DNA of 64,000 nt, from assembly GCF_037042905.1 (NCBI RefSeq), contig NC_087251.1:3164001-3228000 (forward strand), read 5' to 3'. This document shows, one piece after another, positions 13,821 through 26,990 of the stretch. Below the pieces are notes generated by a model that saw only the letters and a list, made by a program, of their open reading frames with translations, searched no databases and was not told the origin of the DNA. The position numbers were made by a program, and so were the translations under genes. The stretch is from Lytechinus pictus. Taxonomy: Eukaryota. Position 1 is the first letter of the stretch, and every line of letters starts with the position of its first letter.

Positions 13821-14765
13821 ATGCAGAGTTCAGTAAAAGCCATCGGTTTAAAAATCCGAACGATGGGTAAAAATCAAACATCCCAATCGGCAAGAATCAG
13901 AACACCAGAGCAAGCCCATTTGAATAATGCTGTTAACGATGGAACAGTGATGCTAAGTCATGGATACTGTTTGGCACACAAACTCGGTTCTGGTAGTTAT
14001 TCCAAAGTACGGATGGCCGTGCACAAGACGACCCGAAAACGTGTTGCTGTCAAGATCATTGATAGAAGACGAGCACCTAGAGATTACCAGGATCACTTTC
14101 TTCCAAGAGAATTGGCCGTCATTCGTCAGCTTCAGCATCCAAATGTTCTGCGTACATATGAGTGGTTTGAACAGAATCAAAAGGTCTACATGGTTTTAGA
14201 ATTAGCAGAATCTGGTGATGTATTGGAGTATATACGTACTGTTACCAAGGGTTCCGTCCCAGAGGTGCTTGCAAGAAAGTGGTCCCTCCAAACTGGACGA
14301 GCTCTTCTTTACATGCATGAGATGGATGTGGCACACCGCGATGTAAAGTGTGAAAACCTGTTACTCGATCGCTGTAACAACATCAAACTAACTGACTTTG
14401 GCTTCGTAAGATCAGTCGGGAAGGGTAGTCTCAGTAAGACCTACTGTGGATCTGCTGCATATGCTGCTCCAGAGATCATCCGTTCTGTGCCTTACTGTCC
14501 TTTCAAGAGTGACGTGTGGGCTTTTGGAGTGGTCATCTACATCCTGGTTGTTGGCTGTATGCCGTTTGGTGATGACGTCAAGAACATAAAGAAGATCCTT
14601 CATCAGCAATATTCAGGTGCTCATTTCAACGCCAGTAATAGCACTAATGTCAGAGACGAATGTCGGGACCTGATTAGAAGCATGTTGACCATATCTACTA
14701 AGACTAGGTTGGCACTAGGAGAGGTGATGGAGAGCGAGTGGCTCAATCAAGTTCAGATTTCTTAA
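13821..14765 (+). CDS. TSSK: Intronless testis-specific serine/threonine kinase-like (start at ATG 13821 or 13863)
   Basis: Single ORF with a complete kinase domain: [59 protein letters not shown]. Confidence 0.93.
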   Translation: MQSSVKAIGLKIRTMGKNQTSQSARIRTPEQAHLNNAVNDGTVMLSHGYCLAHKLGSGSYSKVRMAVHKTTRKRVAVKIIDRRRAPRDYQDHFLPRELAVIRQLQHPNVLRTYEWFEQNQKVYMVLELAESGDVLEYIRTVTKGSVPEVLARKWSLQTGRALLYMHEMDVAHRDVKCENLLLDRCNNIKLTDFGFVRSVGKGSLSKTYCGSAAYAAPEIIRSVPYCPFKSDVWAFGVVIYILVVGCMPFGDDVKNIKKILHQQYSGAHFNASNSTNVRDECRDLIRSMLTISTKTRLALGEVMESEWLNQVQIS

Positions 14766-15729
14766 AGGAATCTTTTTAAAAATGTGGATATTAAAAGATC
14801 TTGTGATATGGGTCTATATGACCAGTAGAATGCAAGTTTACTACTAATTCTCGTATCTGCATGGACTCTGGATTTTGTCAACCCGAAATAAATTGTAATG
14901 GAGTATCGCTGGGTGGATCGGAGATGTATTAGGTGCTCCTGAAAAGGGAATATATATATACAAACTTTACAATGCTTGAACACAGAGAAAGGTGATCAAA
15001 ATATGATAAACTGTAATCGAAATAAAAAATAAATAAACAATGAATAAAAAAGGCAATACAAACAAGCTATAAACGAAGCTGTACAGACTTGACCTATCTA
15101 CTTTTGAATGGAGAACTGCTGAAGAATAATTGAATATGGAGCCTAGGAAAGCTATTTGGGGATAAACGACGAACTTAAAATTCATTGATTGTTTTCGAAA
15201 AAATATAAGTATTTGAAGACGACATTCATTAGATTTTTTTTATTCGCCTTTTTCAGTTTAACATCAAACAATAAAACACACATAACAGAAAATAAGACTA
15301 GCGAATAATTATTTGTGAAACAGTAAATGGAGTATACAAAATCGTTTATTTTGGGTTGTTCTTAGACATGTGATGACTAAATGAATTGAAGCGGTGACGA
15401 AGTTGTTATTGATACAAAATCGTTTATTTGAGTTGTTCTTAGACATAATTATGATGACGAAATGAACTGAAGTGGTGACGAAGTTGTTATTGATACAAAA
15501 TCGTTTAGTTGGGTTATTGGTAGACATGAGATGAAGAAGCTCAATGATGTGGGGTCGCTATTGATACTGAATCGTTTGTAAGATGAAAAAGTTTTTTTTA
15601 ATGAAGTATGCGTGTCGATTAATATAGATATTGGTACTAACTTGTCTAGAAATCGTTGCTATTTCAATGTGATAAACGATTTTGTATCAATAACAGTTTC
15701 GTCACCATGTCAGTGTAGTATGTCATCAC

Positions 15730-17737
15730 TAGGGGCGTAGCTACGGGGGGGGGGGGTCTGGGAGGCACGTGCCCTCAGAGATTTGGTGTGCCCCCAGATG
15801 CCCCCCCCCTGAGAAAAAAATTGGCGGAGCAAAAGAAAAAAAGAAGTTGAAAGATAGAAGAAAAAAAAGAAGAGGAAAATTAGAGAAGGGAGACAAATGA
15901 ATAAAATAAAGTAAGGGGAAAACTTGCAAAAAGATAACAACTTTCATGTCACTACGTAAAATTTTCGCTCGCGCTGCGCGCTCGCAGTGCCTGTTCGATG
16001 AGATTCAAATATTGCTCAATTATAGGCTGATATAGAGCTTAAAATATCAAGTTTTGAAATCAATATACAAAACATATTTCAGCTCGGACATCGAGCTTTC
16101 ATATTTTTTTTATTTACAAATTGAGTTTTTATGTGCTCTGTAAAATGTCCGTTTGATGGTCAAAATATCCACATTTTCAGCTTACGCAGCACGGTCGCAT
16201 TATTTTATTTTCCAAGCTCCTATTGTCTTTGTGTATTCCATAAAGTTATCAAAATATCCCTTTTCAGATGTGATTGTCAAAACATAGGCCTCTAAGCTAG
16301 CTCTGCGCGCTCGTATTTTGATTGGTATGTATACCTCTATAATAATTTTATACCCAGCTACTTAAAGTCCCCTTTTCATTACAGTTTATTAAAAAAAAAT
16401 CAGCTCGCGATTTAAGCTCGCATTAATTGTTGAAAATGTATTAACCCATGCGTCCTATTCATAATTATAAAATGCTTTTCAGGCTTTAGTATCAACAAAT
16501 TCCACGCTCTCATTAAGGATATTTGATTAATGAATAAGAAAATAAAATTTTCATAAAATCCTATTAACTAAATTGGCCCTTTTTTAGAATGGAATATCGA
16601 CAAGTTTCATCTCACGCTTAGGAATAATAGGAAGATAAGGAAGAAGTCATCATTTTTATTTGATGACATAATGTCCTTAGAATGTCCCTGTCCTATGTCA
16701 AAATAATGATATAAAATGTCAGTTCGCGCTTCGCGCTCGCATCATTTATTAAGTGTGATCCACATCCACTTCGAAATTTTCCTACACAGTGCTTGAAATA
16801 ATGCCTAAATTGACTCTTTTTCAGATCGGAATATCGAATGTTTTCAGCTCGCGCTTCGAGCTCGCATTATTGATCTTTATAATTAAAAAAAAAGTATTCA
16901 GAATGCCCAGATTCTAGGTCTAAATCTAAAACACGCGCACGCAAGTTTGAGATAGGCAGCTTGTTCTTTATTTAAAACGTGCTTAAAGTATCCAGTTTCA
17001 GATCAGAATGTACATAATTTTCTGCTCGCGCTTCACGCTCGCATTATCAGGAAGATACCCAATTACCCATCCGATTCATGATTTACAAATCGTTTTAGGT
17101 CTAAAATCTGAATTTTCTTCCGCTCACGCTTCGCGCTCGCATCACTTGTTTAGTTACATCCCTTTCATGATTACAAAAAGTGCTTAGAATGAACAATTTG
17201 TTGTGTAAAATATGAAAAACAAATTTCAGCTCGCGCTTTGCGCTCACATTATTTAGTGTTGAAATTTTTTGTCTTCATAGGTAACTGCAAACAGTTCTTA
17301 TCAGGACAGAACGTTTATTAAAATTTCCCGCTCGCGCTTGTCGTTCGCAGTAATTATCTAGTTACATCGCATTTTGTTCAGGATGTTAAATTTTCAGGAA
17401 AAAATGCATGAAAGTTTTTTAAAAACAAAAAATAGAAAATTTAGCTCGCACTTTTTATATAGGTCTTTTGAGATTATTTTATAATTATGTTGTTATATAA
17501 GAATAAAGCTAAGAAGTGACTGTGAGGACTACCCCTTCAAACAAACAAAAATCAACTTTGAGCGGCCGATCGGGGAAAATATGGGTGAAAAATATTGGTG
17601 CCCACCCCCTATTGGCGGAAGCTGGATCGCTCCTGTGACACATACACACACAGAAAAAATTGTTGTCCCCCCATTAAAAAGCAAGGACACCCAGTGCCCC
17701 CCCCCCCCCCGAGAAAAAAATCCTAGCTACGCCACTG
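15730..17737. mobile_element. hAT-like non-autonomous element (gctcgcgcttcgcgctcgc repeat family)
   Basis: Ends taggggcgtagcta / tagctacgccactg; 8 bp TSD gtcatcac at 15722-15729 and 17738-17745; periodic internal gcgcttcgcgctcgc motifs. Sits inside an older inverted repeat (arms ~15570-15640 and ~17778-17847). Confidence 0.8.
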
Positions 17738-20023
17738 GTCATCACATGTAAATAGAAACTATTTCCATACAATTTTATTAAGTACCAATATCTTTATTTA
17801 TCGACACGCATACTTCGTAAAAATTCTTTTCATATCACAAACGATTCGAATTTATATTTTTTGTGGTTTAATTGGCATGCGATGGTGATCTATCATGCTC
17901 AAAAAGTTTTATTCAGTAAATACTATTTTTAAACACTAAGAAGAATACCTTACAACGCCCAAATCGAGTGCAAAAAATTGTCAATAGACGTTAAGACGGA
18001 ATATTATTTGTTTTTTTTTGTAATCATAATGTGATTCGTATCTAACTTAACAATGAATGCGAACGCGAAGCGCGAGCTGAAAATTATTGATCTCTGACCT
18101 GAAAAGCAACATTTATCATAAATAAATTACGACAGAGAATCAGGGATCTCATTAAATAAATCGACCTAATACGAGGGCGAAGCGCAAACCGAAAATTATT
18201 GATATTTTAGACCTGATATCGGGACATTTCATGGAGAGGTAATCCCACGATGCGGATCTGTAACTAAGCAATTAATGCAGGCACGATCAATGAGCTGATT
18301 ATTTTTTTTATATATACAGACATGAAAGGGGACGATTTTAAGGAGTTTTCTTCTGAATTCATGAAGTTCCTAAACGTATCTCAACGACAAAATGCGTGTG
18401 AGAAGCGCGAGTTGATTTTGTTGGTATATCCTCTCCAAAAAAGAGACGATTGTTTGTAAAAAAAAAATAATGAAGAAGGTTTGTATCTATACCTTATCAA
18501 ATCAGGGCGTGATTATAAGACTTTTTTAATTAAACAAGAAGAAAAAAAGATGTATTTCAGAACTGTTTGTAAGAATCAATGAAGAGTACCATATCAAAAT
18601 GCTTACCGCAGCTAGAGATGAAATATTATATGATATGCGATTGAAAAAGAAATATTTTAAGGAATGTTTGCCGGAATTCTTGGAAAGAATAAGTATATCA
18701 CTAGCTCATCAAAAATTGGCGCGGATACGGAGTATTCATCGTTGGGCAAAAACATGCAAGATTCATTTTCTACATGGGTTCAAAACTGAATTACCATGCA
18801 TGGTAATAGCATGTAACGGGGGTATTAATCACCTTCAGTGGTCTTCCTTTTCTGCAACTTTATTCCTTAAGTTTGACTTTTCTGAATACAAAAAAAGTTC
18901 ACAATTTCTGTTTATTTTTTTTCCTTTTTTTTTGCGCCCCCTAAAGGTGGCGCCCGGGGCACGTGCCCCCTTGCCCCTCCCTGGATACGCCACTGGTTGT
19001 CAAGGATAGCCAGGATATAGATTTGGGGTTCAAAGATCACAGAGGTGATTAATAGACCAGTTCAGAGTTACCTCATTGGCAATTTCGAACAAATGAAACA
19101 TTTCAAAGCAAGACATTTTGTAAGCATGCCTTACATAGCAGGATGTAGAAATTACATAGAATAGGTGACAGAATAACACACAAAATGAACACTCTATAAA
19201 GGTATTTCTTGCATTTCTGCCTTGAATGCATTAGTATGTCGTTATAACAATGTACTTGGCCATCTGATAAATAACAGTCGCTAGTGGACATCAAAGTTGG
19301 TGCCTATCTCATTGAATATTAAATCACCATATCACTTTTGCACATGTCTTAGGTCACATGATCATGGTCAAAGGTCATTTTGGGTCAATGAACATAGTAT
19401 TTGATATGAATGTTTTATTTTGTGAATAATTATTCAATAGCTGTTTTCAAAGTCAGCACTGCTGCTATATCAAACTACGTAATGCAGGCAAGACTACCAG
19501 AGGCGTTCCACTTGTTTAATCAATAATCTCGTTTTATAAGTTGTTGAGATGCAATAATCAAACAGAGTCTAATAATTCAGATAAAATATTTTTGTTCTGT
19601 CACTTACAGTATCATCATCATCTATATTTCTTTACAATTGGTAAATTTGCCATCATGTTCGGAAGCAAGATCAGACCAGATAATATTGCGTTGAAAACGA
19701 GACTATATTGCAATCACAGCGTATGTTTGAATTATTATGATCAACCCAGAAATACTAATAGATAAAGATCAAATTTGTATGTAAAACATAAATGTTTATG
19801 AATCAAATAACATTGATTCGACATAACCATATATGGCAATTATCAGGATGGCCTGATATTCCAAAGAAATTCCATTATTTGGGATAACTAACTAATATTC
19901 TTCCAAGATATTTTGTATTTGGTGGTTAAGATTATGACATATTAAACGTATATCATTAATACTAGAAGAAACAAACCGGTAGTATTATTGGCAATCTTTA
20001 TTTCTACCTCTTTCTTTTTTCAG

Positions 20024-21628
20024 GCAAAGAGATTTGTAGTTCTGAACAGTTCTGAACAGAGTTGCAGAAAGGACTTATAACAATATCTTCACTATGCAAC
20101 ATCTCAGAGAACTTGCCCAGGTACAATATTTCTAATCAGTAAAAAAGTATCATCTGGTAATCAATTCTATTGTTCCCTATATCAGTTGTTTAATTTGTTT
20201 ATGTTTAAGAATTTTGGTTATAGATATCATTCATGGTTTATAGTTTTGAAAGGATATTGTTCAGTTATGTCATGAAGGAAAAATGAGGCTAGTTTGGAGT
20301 AATGTGCAGTATGATGTTAAACATATGGCTTTTTCTCCAGGAAATGAGAACACACCAAGAATACAAACATGGTTGACCATTATCTTATCAGAGAAGCCTA
20401 TATACATATTGAATGTTAAATGCGTATGTACAGTGCGTATCAAAAAAAGTTTACACTTTGAAAAAAAACCTGGGAATTAAAAAAATATACAACATGTGGG
20501 TAATTTTTTAACATATAATCTTGGGTTTGGGTCTCATCTATCCAATGAAAGTAAAAGTTTTGACAGAATGTTACACTTGAGTGAGCACTGTCCATTTTTG
20601 TAAAGCTCGCAGAAATCTGTTTGCGCAGAAATGCTCGTTTCACGCTGTGTCAAAGGGAAAGGGCGAAATCAAACTTACCCTGCGGAACATTTCTCATACA
20701 TTTCCCTTGTACTTATAGTCAATTGAAATAAAACGGATACATTCAAGAATTTTGTAACAATTTTTCCACCCAAATTGGCATTTCAACACTTAGTAAGCAC
20801 AACCTTTACCCTTATTGTGCTAGCTGGATCTGAGGACATAACTGAATTTGAACAAAAGTTTATATCAGACATCTCCAGCATTTTTTCACCAAGTTTTTAT
20901 CATTTAAAGTGGAAGTACATTTCATTTTTCATTAATACTTGTTTCTCCACACTTTTCCCAAGCTTGACAATGATTAACAAAATGAAAGTCAAGCCTAAGT
21001 TATTTCATGTAATTCACAGCTCAGTGTAAAGCAAATATCGTCACGATGGCCTTGGTGTGTGGGAATGTGGGGTGGGGCGCAATGCACTCTTCGAAGTGTT
21101 TTGGGCAAGGAAACAATTCAAAATGAAAAAAAATATCTTCAAATCAATTTTTTATGAGCTAAATTCAACGTGTTGTTCATGATAAAGGTCTACTTTTATT
21201 CGCATAACTATTTCAAAGTTCTGCGCAAATCATTTTTCACTAGCTTTTCAAAAGTAAGTGGTGCTCACTCAAGCGAAAATATTTTTCGACAGTCATATCG
21301 TCGTTTGCTTAAATGGATCTGTACCCATGTTAAAATGTGGAAATATGTTCAGGATATTACAAAAGTATGATTTTACAGGATTATTTCTAAGTGTAAACTT
21401 TTTTGTATACGCACTGCATTGTTTCATACAAATGTTGTGGTTGGTTATCATTGTAGGCAGCATCATCATTTTCGACCATCTCTCATAGTCAAGACTTCTA
21501 TATTTTCATCACAGGAAGCCAGCATCCAAGTTGCTGACTTTGATGGTTTCATAGCATCCCTCAACAATCAGATATATCTTCTCAAGAAAGGACCAAGAGT
21601 CTTCCAACTCCAAACAGCCTCTTTCTGA
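20024..21628 (+). pseudogene. MCM8: Orphan last two exons of an MCM8-like helicase (winged-helix C-terminus), frameshifted
   Basis: Exon 20024-20120 (AG/GT, 97 nt) reads AKRFV...VLNRVAERTYNNIFTMQHLRELAQ across a frameshift; exon 21515-21628 reads EASIQVADFDGFIASLNNQIYLLKKGPRVFQLQTASF*, matching the MCM8 C-terminus as I recall it (..AERTYNNIF..IQVADFENFIGSLNDQGYLLKKGPKVYQLQT). No upstream MCM8 exons were found. Confidence 0.82.
20431..21416. mobile_element. Tc1/mariner-like MITE, copy 1
   Basis: TIR cagtgcgtatcaaaaaaagtttacact / agtgtaaacttttttgtatacgcactg, TA on the left flank; homologous over its length to 36281-37531. Confidence 0.8.
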
Positions 21629-23749
21629 GATCCCCCAAAAATTAACAAAGCGGGTACTTCAGAAAAGATCAGCACGCATTAACATTGTACCTGTGATATC
21701 TTCATGAAAATGCGTTCGAAATTACTAGAGCATTGAAAAAGGACCTTTCCTCCTATGTGTTACAACGTCGGAAAGTTAATTTCTTTTCTTTATCTACCTC
21801 AGGTGACAAATACTGAAAAATAACAACAATGACAAAAGATTGAACATGTTTGGTCAGAGCTGGGCAATGATTATTAGCTATCGAGATACTAGAGCATTGA
21901 AAAAGGACCAATGTTGGTCTGTAGAATGAAAACTCCAAGAGATACTGTTCATTTCCAAAGATATATAACTACAAGTCTTGTGAGTATGAACTCATTTATT
22001 GGATGTACTCTATCTTCCTGAGAATGTTCAAACAAGACTGCACCACCCTGCTGCAAGTAGAGCTGGCTTGGCATGATAATAATTTGAGTGACTATTGTAG
22101 GGAGAGGGGGTTACTGTTCTACTGCATAAAAGCACTGAGGGGGTATGATTGTCCTTTTCCAAAGGTGAACCTGATGTCTTGTGAGTAGATCTCATTGTCT
22201 ATATTTGATTGGCTCTTCTCTTTCTAAGAATATATCATCAAGTTTTCCAACTCCAGAAACACACAAAGTACCTGTGAGTCTTAAACATTTCTGTATAACT
22301 TTTAACCGATGGAATAATGTACTTTGAGCTTTAAAAGGAATCATAAAATCGGTCTTCTGGAAGATGACTACATAGGCCTGCTTCAAGAAAGTGCATTTTA
22401 AGATGTCAAAGTTGTGTAATTTCAAATTGACCAGCTTCATGCTATACTTGTAGTATAGTGAAGAGTATCAATGTTCCTTTAAAACTATAAAAGCACTGAC
22501 AATATGTCTTTCTCCGACAATTACCATAGTAACAGTCAGAGGCCAATGCTTCTTAGCCAATCAATAGTAAGGATTTCACTATTAATAGTCAGCATCGACA
22601 ATTTAGTATGTGCTAACAACTTTCACGAAATGCCCCCCTTCCTTAAAAGTTAGTCTGTAAACTGAGAAGAATTAACATATTTAGAGGTCAGAAACAGCTT
22701 TAATCATATTTAAAACCTAAGCTTTAGAAGCAAATAGTTCGTTGAATTCTCTGTAGGCCCTATGTCTGATGGTTTTGATAAGGGTTCCAAAAGCCAGTGT
22801 ATGTCACACACTTCAAAAAGTTGTCAATATACATTTTGTTGTAAATGCTTGTATTATTCAATCTCATCCTCAAAAGGACAGGTTTATCAGGATGTCAGCA
22901 TTTTTTTTTTAGTCACATCAACTGAAAACTCAAAAGACAGTATTTGTAAATAAGACAAAAGCTATTTATAAAAATATTTGACCATATGTTGACCAGTTTT
23001 TAATAAATTCTAAATTTCAATAATGGTTCCATTCCTGTTGTCAGTCATTTCAAAATGTCGTGGTTGAACTGATATGGATTTTAATAAATTCCTATTTTTT
23101 TTGGTCAAACTTGATATTCCTCTTGATATATAATGAATAGCCCATAAATAGACTTACATTGTCATCTACAATGCACATACTTATGGGATGCAATAATGCA
23201 AGAATTACTTTTTCACTAAGATATCAACAATTTTGACTTTTATGCTCAATCCAGGGATTAGGATGATTTCACTAATTCAATTTTTGGTCTACAGAATCGG
23301 GAAAAAACTAAATGATTAAAAATGGATAAATTGGGATGCACTTCAACAGCGTTCTATGAATTTATCCCTCTGGAAAAATAAAAAAAATCAATTTATACTT
23401 ATTTGCTTATCATAACTTAATTACAATAAAACTTAATACGTACTTGGAAAGCTTATCCTCTTCTATTCTAGGCAACTTCAATGTGATATGAAACACTTCA
23501 CATGACATTCATGAATAAGGAAACAATTTGAAAGAGGCTACCAAAAGTTGGCCAGCAGTATCTGAATTTAAAAGAAAATCCTTTTTGCCTTTTAGGATGA
23601 CACCTCAATCAAGAAAAAATATTACGAAGTTATTATTTGAAATATAATTTGCATTCATACATTTCATGAAACAAATGTATTTAACATAGTTGCCACTGAC
23701 AGAAAACATGATTTATCATATACAATCAGTGTTGAAGCTTATTTTAAGT

Positions 23750-23938
23750 TTTGGTAATTACCCCCAAAAGGACATGTCACAATGAAAATTCTATCTCGGT
23801 TTGCTTTTGTGATAGACAGTCCTGTAATTAATGATTCTTGGATTTTGGTAATTACCTCTAAAGGACATGTCACGATGAAAATTCTATCTCTGTTTGTTTT
23901 TGTGATAGACAGTCCTGTAATTAATGATTCTTGGATTT
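23750..23938. repeat. Tandem duplication, ~93 bp x2
   Basis: aaaggacatgtcac.atgaaaattctatctc...aatgattcttggattt present twice in direct orientation. Confidence 0.85.
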
Positions 23939-26900
23939 GTGAAATTATGGAATACAAACATTTTTATTTCAAATGAAAATTATCTTTATTGATGTGTCAA
24001 ATTAAATGGCATAAATTGAACTTTTCAGGAAATATCTTTGAAATTTAGATATCGCCCTTCAAATTACCTTTCTGTGGCCTCTCTTCAGAGCTTTTTTCTT
24101 ATTCACTCATGCATGAAGTATGAATAATGAAAATTGAATCAAATGAAATTAGAAGGTAAAAGCTGTAGATCCGAGTTATGATAAGAGATATATAATTATC
24201 AGTTTCATTTCTGTTTTGTGACAGAACATTCAGACATTCTTTCTTTATTTTTATTTATTCAAAATGATAGATACATGTATATTGTACCATTCATCAAATC
24301 ATGGGGGGGGGGGTAGAAATAGTGGCTTTGGTCAGTGATGGCACGAGGGGAGTTTAATAGGTGAGGTGATCATTTACTAATTATCTCACACAACCAATAG
24401 CTCTTGATGCTCTTTTCTCATCCCTTTTCCCTCTTTTTCTTGTTTTGGTGCCTTTAATAGTTTCATTTTGGGGATTTCTACCCCCTGATTCTACCGTCAA
24501 ATCCTCAGTTAATGGTACATGCATATCTTGGGTCGGTCTTCAATCCATAATTTTAATCCAAATTAAAGGCTAAGTGTATAAAATATATAAACTTTACTTT
24601 TCATCTTCTCCAACAATGTTTTGAACAGTTGAATTAACAGAATGGAAATCGGACATCAAATGAAGAAGCATGTTGAAATTTTGACAGATGGTTGATACCA
24701 CGCCACGGGAAGAGCTCATCTAGCCCTTCATGCCAGATGGGCTTAAAATTGACATACCAGTCAAAGTATGGCCATGGGTGCTTATAATTGTATTCTTTCT
24801 GGAGAATAAAAATACAAACAATGAAATGTTCTTGTACAAGAATATTTATTTGCAACATAAACTAATCTACTGAAAACAAAACATGAACAGAATAATTGGA
24901 TAATGCTCTTTGTAAACTATTCTACTGAATTTAAATTGTGAACAAAACAAAAACAAATAAGTGATTACTTTGATGAAAGTGCCACTAACTCATGAAAAAA
25001 AGAATGATTGGTGAACATTAGCAAGATGACATCGCCAACAAAGAAAAAAAAATACATAAGAGAATTCACATGATTCTCAAAATTTTGTAATATGAGTGAA
25101 GTTCACTGAATGATATTTAACATAGTAGAAGCTAAATTTTACAAAAAAATATATTTAGAAATATTTACACTTGCTATATACAACATATTAGTACCCTGAT
25201 CTATTCCATGATTCTCAGTGCTAAAGAAACTTCAAAAAATCATTGAGGAAAATATGCACAGGTATCAAAACTAGAAAAAATATGAAATAAACTAAATTAT
25301 GTATAAAGAGTACCCCAGGCTGAAAGCAATATCTAATTTGAGCAAAATTAAATGAGCTAAAGGCTGGAAATTTCATTAAAATCTGATAAAAAATAATATT
25401 TACAATTTAGCAATAAAGTTTTATATGCAGGTGATCATGAATGTGATGTCATGTCCACTTTCCTTTTTTTTATTACATAAAATCTTTTTTATTTTGTATT
25501 TTCAAAAATATGTGTATAACCTGTCTCCCTTGTAACAAATTAGGTTGCAGCAATGATCATTTTGCACATTAATTCAATCAATTCAATCCTATTTTTACAT
25601 TCTTGGGGAACAAAATTTGAAGAAAAAAATAAATTCATATCATAAAATACAAAAGAACAAGTGGAGATATGACATCAAATTCATTGCATATTCATGAAGG
25701 CATGCATAGAACAATTTCACTGAAGTAACGAAAAGTTTTTTAATGCCATAATGTTGTTATTCTTTGTCTGATTTTGATAAAAATTTTCGTTGTTTTTACT
25801 TATCTGTTTAAATCATTACTTTCAGTCTGAAGTATCCCTGTAATTACAATATATTATAAATAGTTGAAATATTTATTTAAAAATGCCCTAATTACCTATT
25901 TTTTACATTCTTAAAAACAAATAAATATAAATGTGCTCACTTGTAGTAAATAGGTGCTAAATGTCTGCATAAAATTAAAACTGGAAACATCTTTTTTGTT
26001 GAAAAAAATTGAAACAGACATTCATATGTTATCGACTGTGCATTGTTTCATTGATTTTTAAGATAAGTTCAAGAAGCTAAATTAAGACCAGAAAATCTTG
26101 GCATCATAATGGCAGTTTCATGTATCATTTTCTTGTTTTATTTTATTTACTTTTCAGTTTTATACAATGCAATACAAAAGGGGGTGAATAATCAGAATTT
26201 CCAATTAAATTCTTCACTTATACTTTATACTTGATTGCAGTACTTAACACTTTTGTTCAAATGAAAAATAATTCTGAGAAGTATATTACAATACATTTAC
26301 TCCATTTTTTTTAAGTTTTCATCGCAATGTCGCTACGACCAGCACAGATGATATATTCAACCTAAATTCGGTTTATCTTGATTCTGTTTTTTCACTTATT
26401 TCACTCACATAACCTAAATATACATTGAATTACATAAATACCACAAAGATAGCAAAGAGCACTTAATGAATTCAAATACTAATATAAATGAAATAAATAT
26501 GAATATAGATAAATATAAATATATATATGTATGAAAAATATATCATCTTTGCTCTGGCAAGATATACATTCATTTTTTTTAAAGATTTTTTTTATAGTTT
26601 CAGTCAGGTAGGCCACTTGATGAAAACACCAGTTGAAACAACCCAGGATTATGCTTCCAATACAGAATTCTGTGCTTCTTTTAAGCTAATTGCAGAAAAG
26701 TCATTTTGGGGGCATAACTAAATATTAATTAGTGCTCTTTTCTTAGACTGTAATAGTCTATATATAGATCTGTAGAAAGGAGAGTCTGTGTCCCGTCTGT
26801 GTACTATATTATATGTAATGTATACCGAAACACTCTTAATTTTGAGGATTCTGAAAAGGTGTAATGCATACCTTTATCTCTAATATTTAAATATCATCGA

Positions 26901-26990
26901 ATTTCCTCTGGAAAAAAGTAAAATTTTGAGAAAGAAAATGAGTGAAAGCAGTGTCCTGGGTAGTTGTGCTGTTTAACTGGTGTTACCTAT

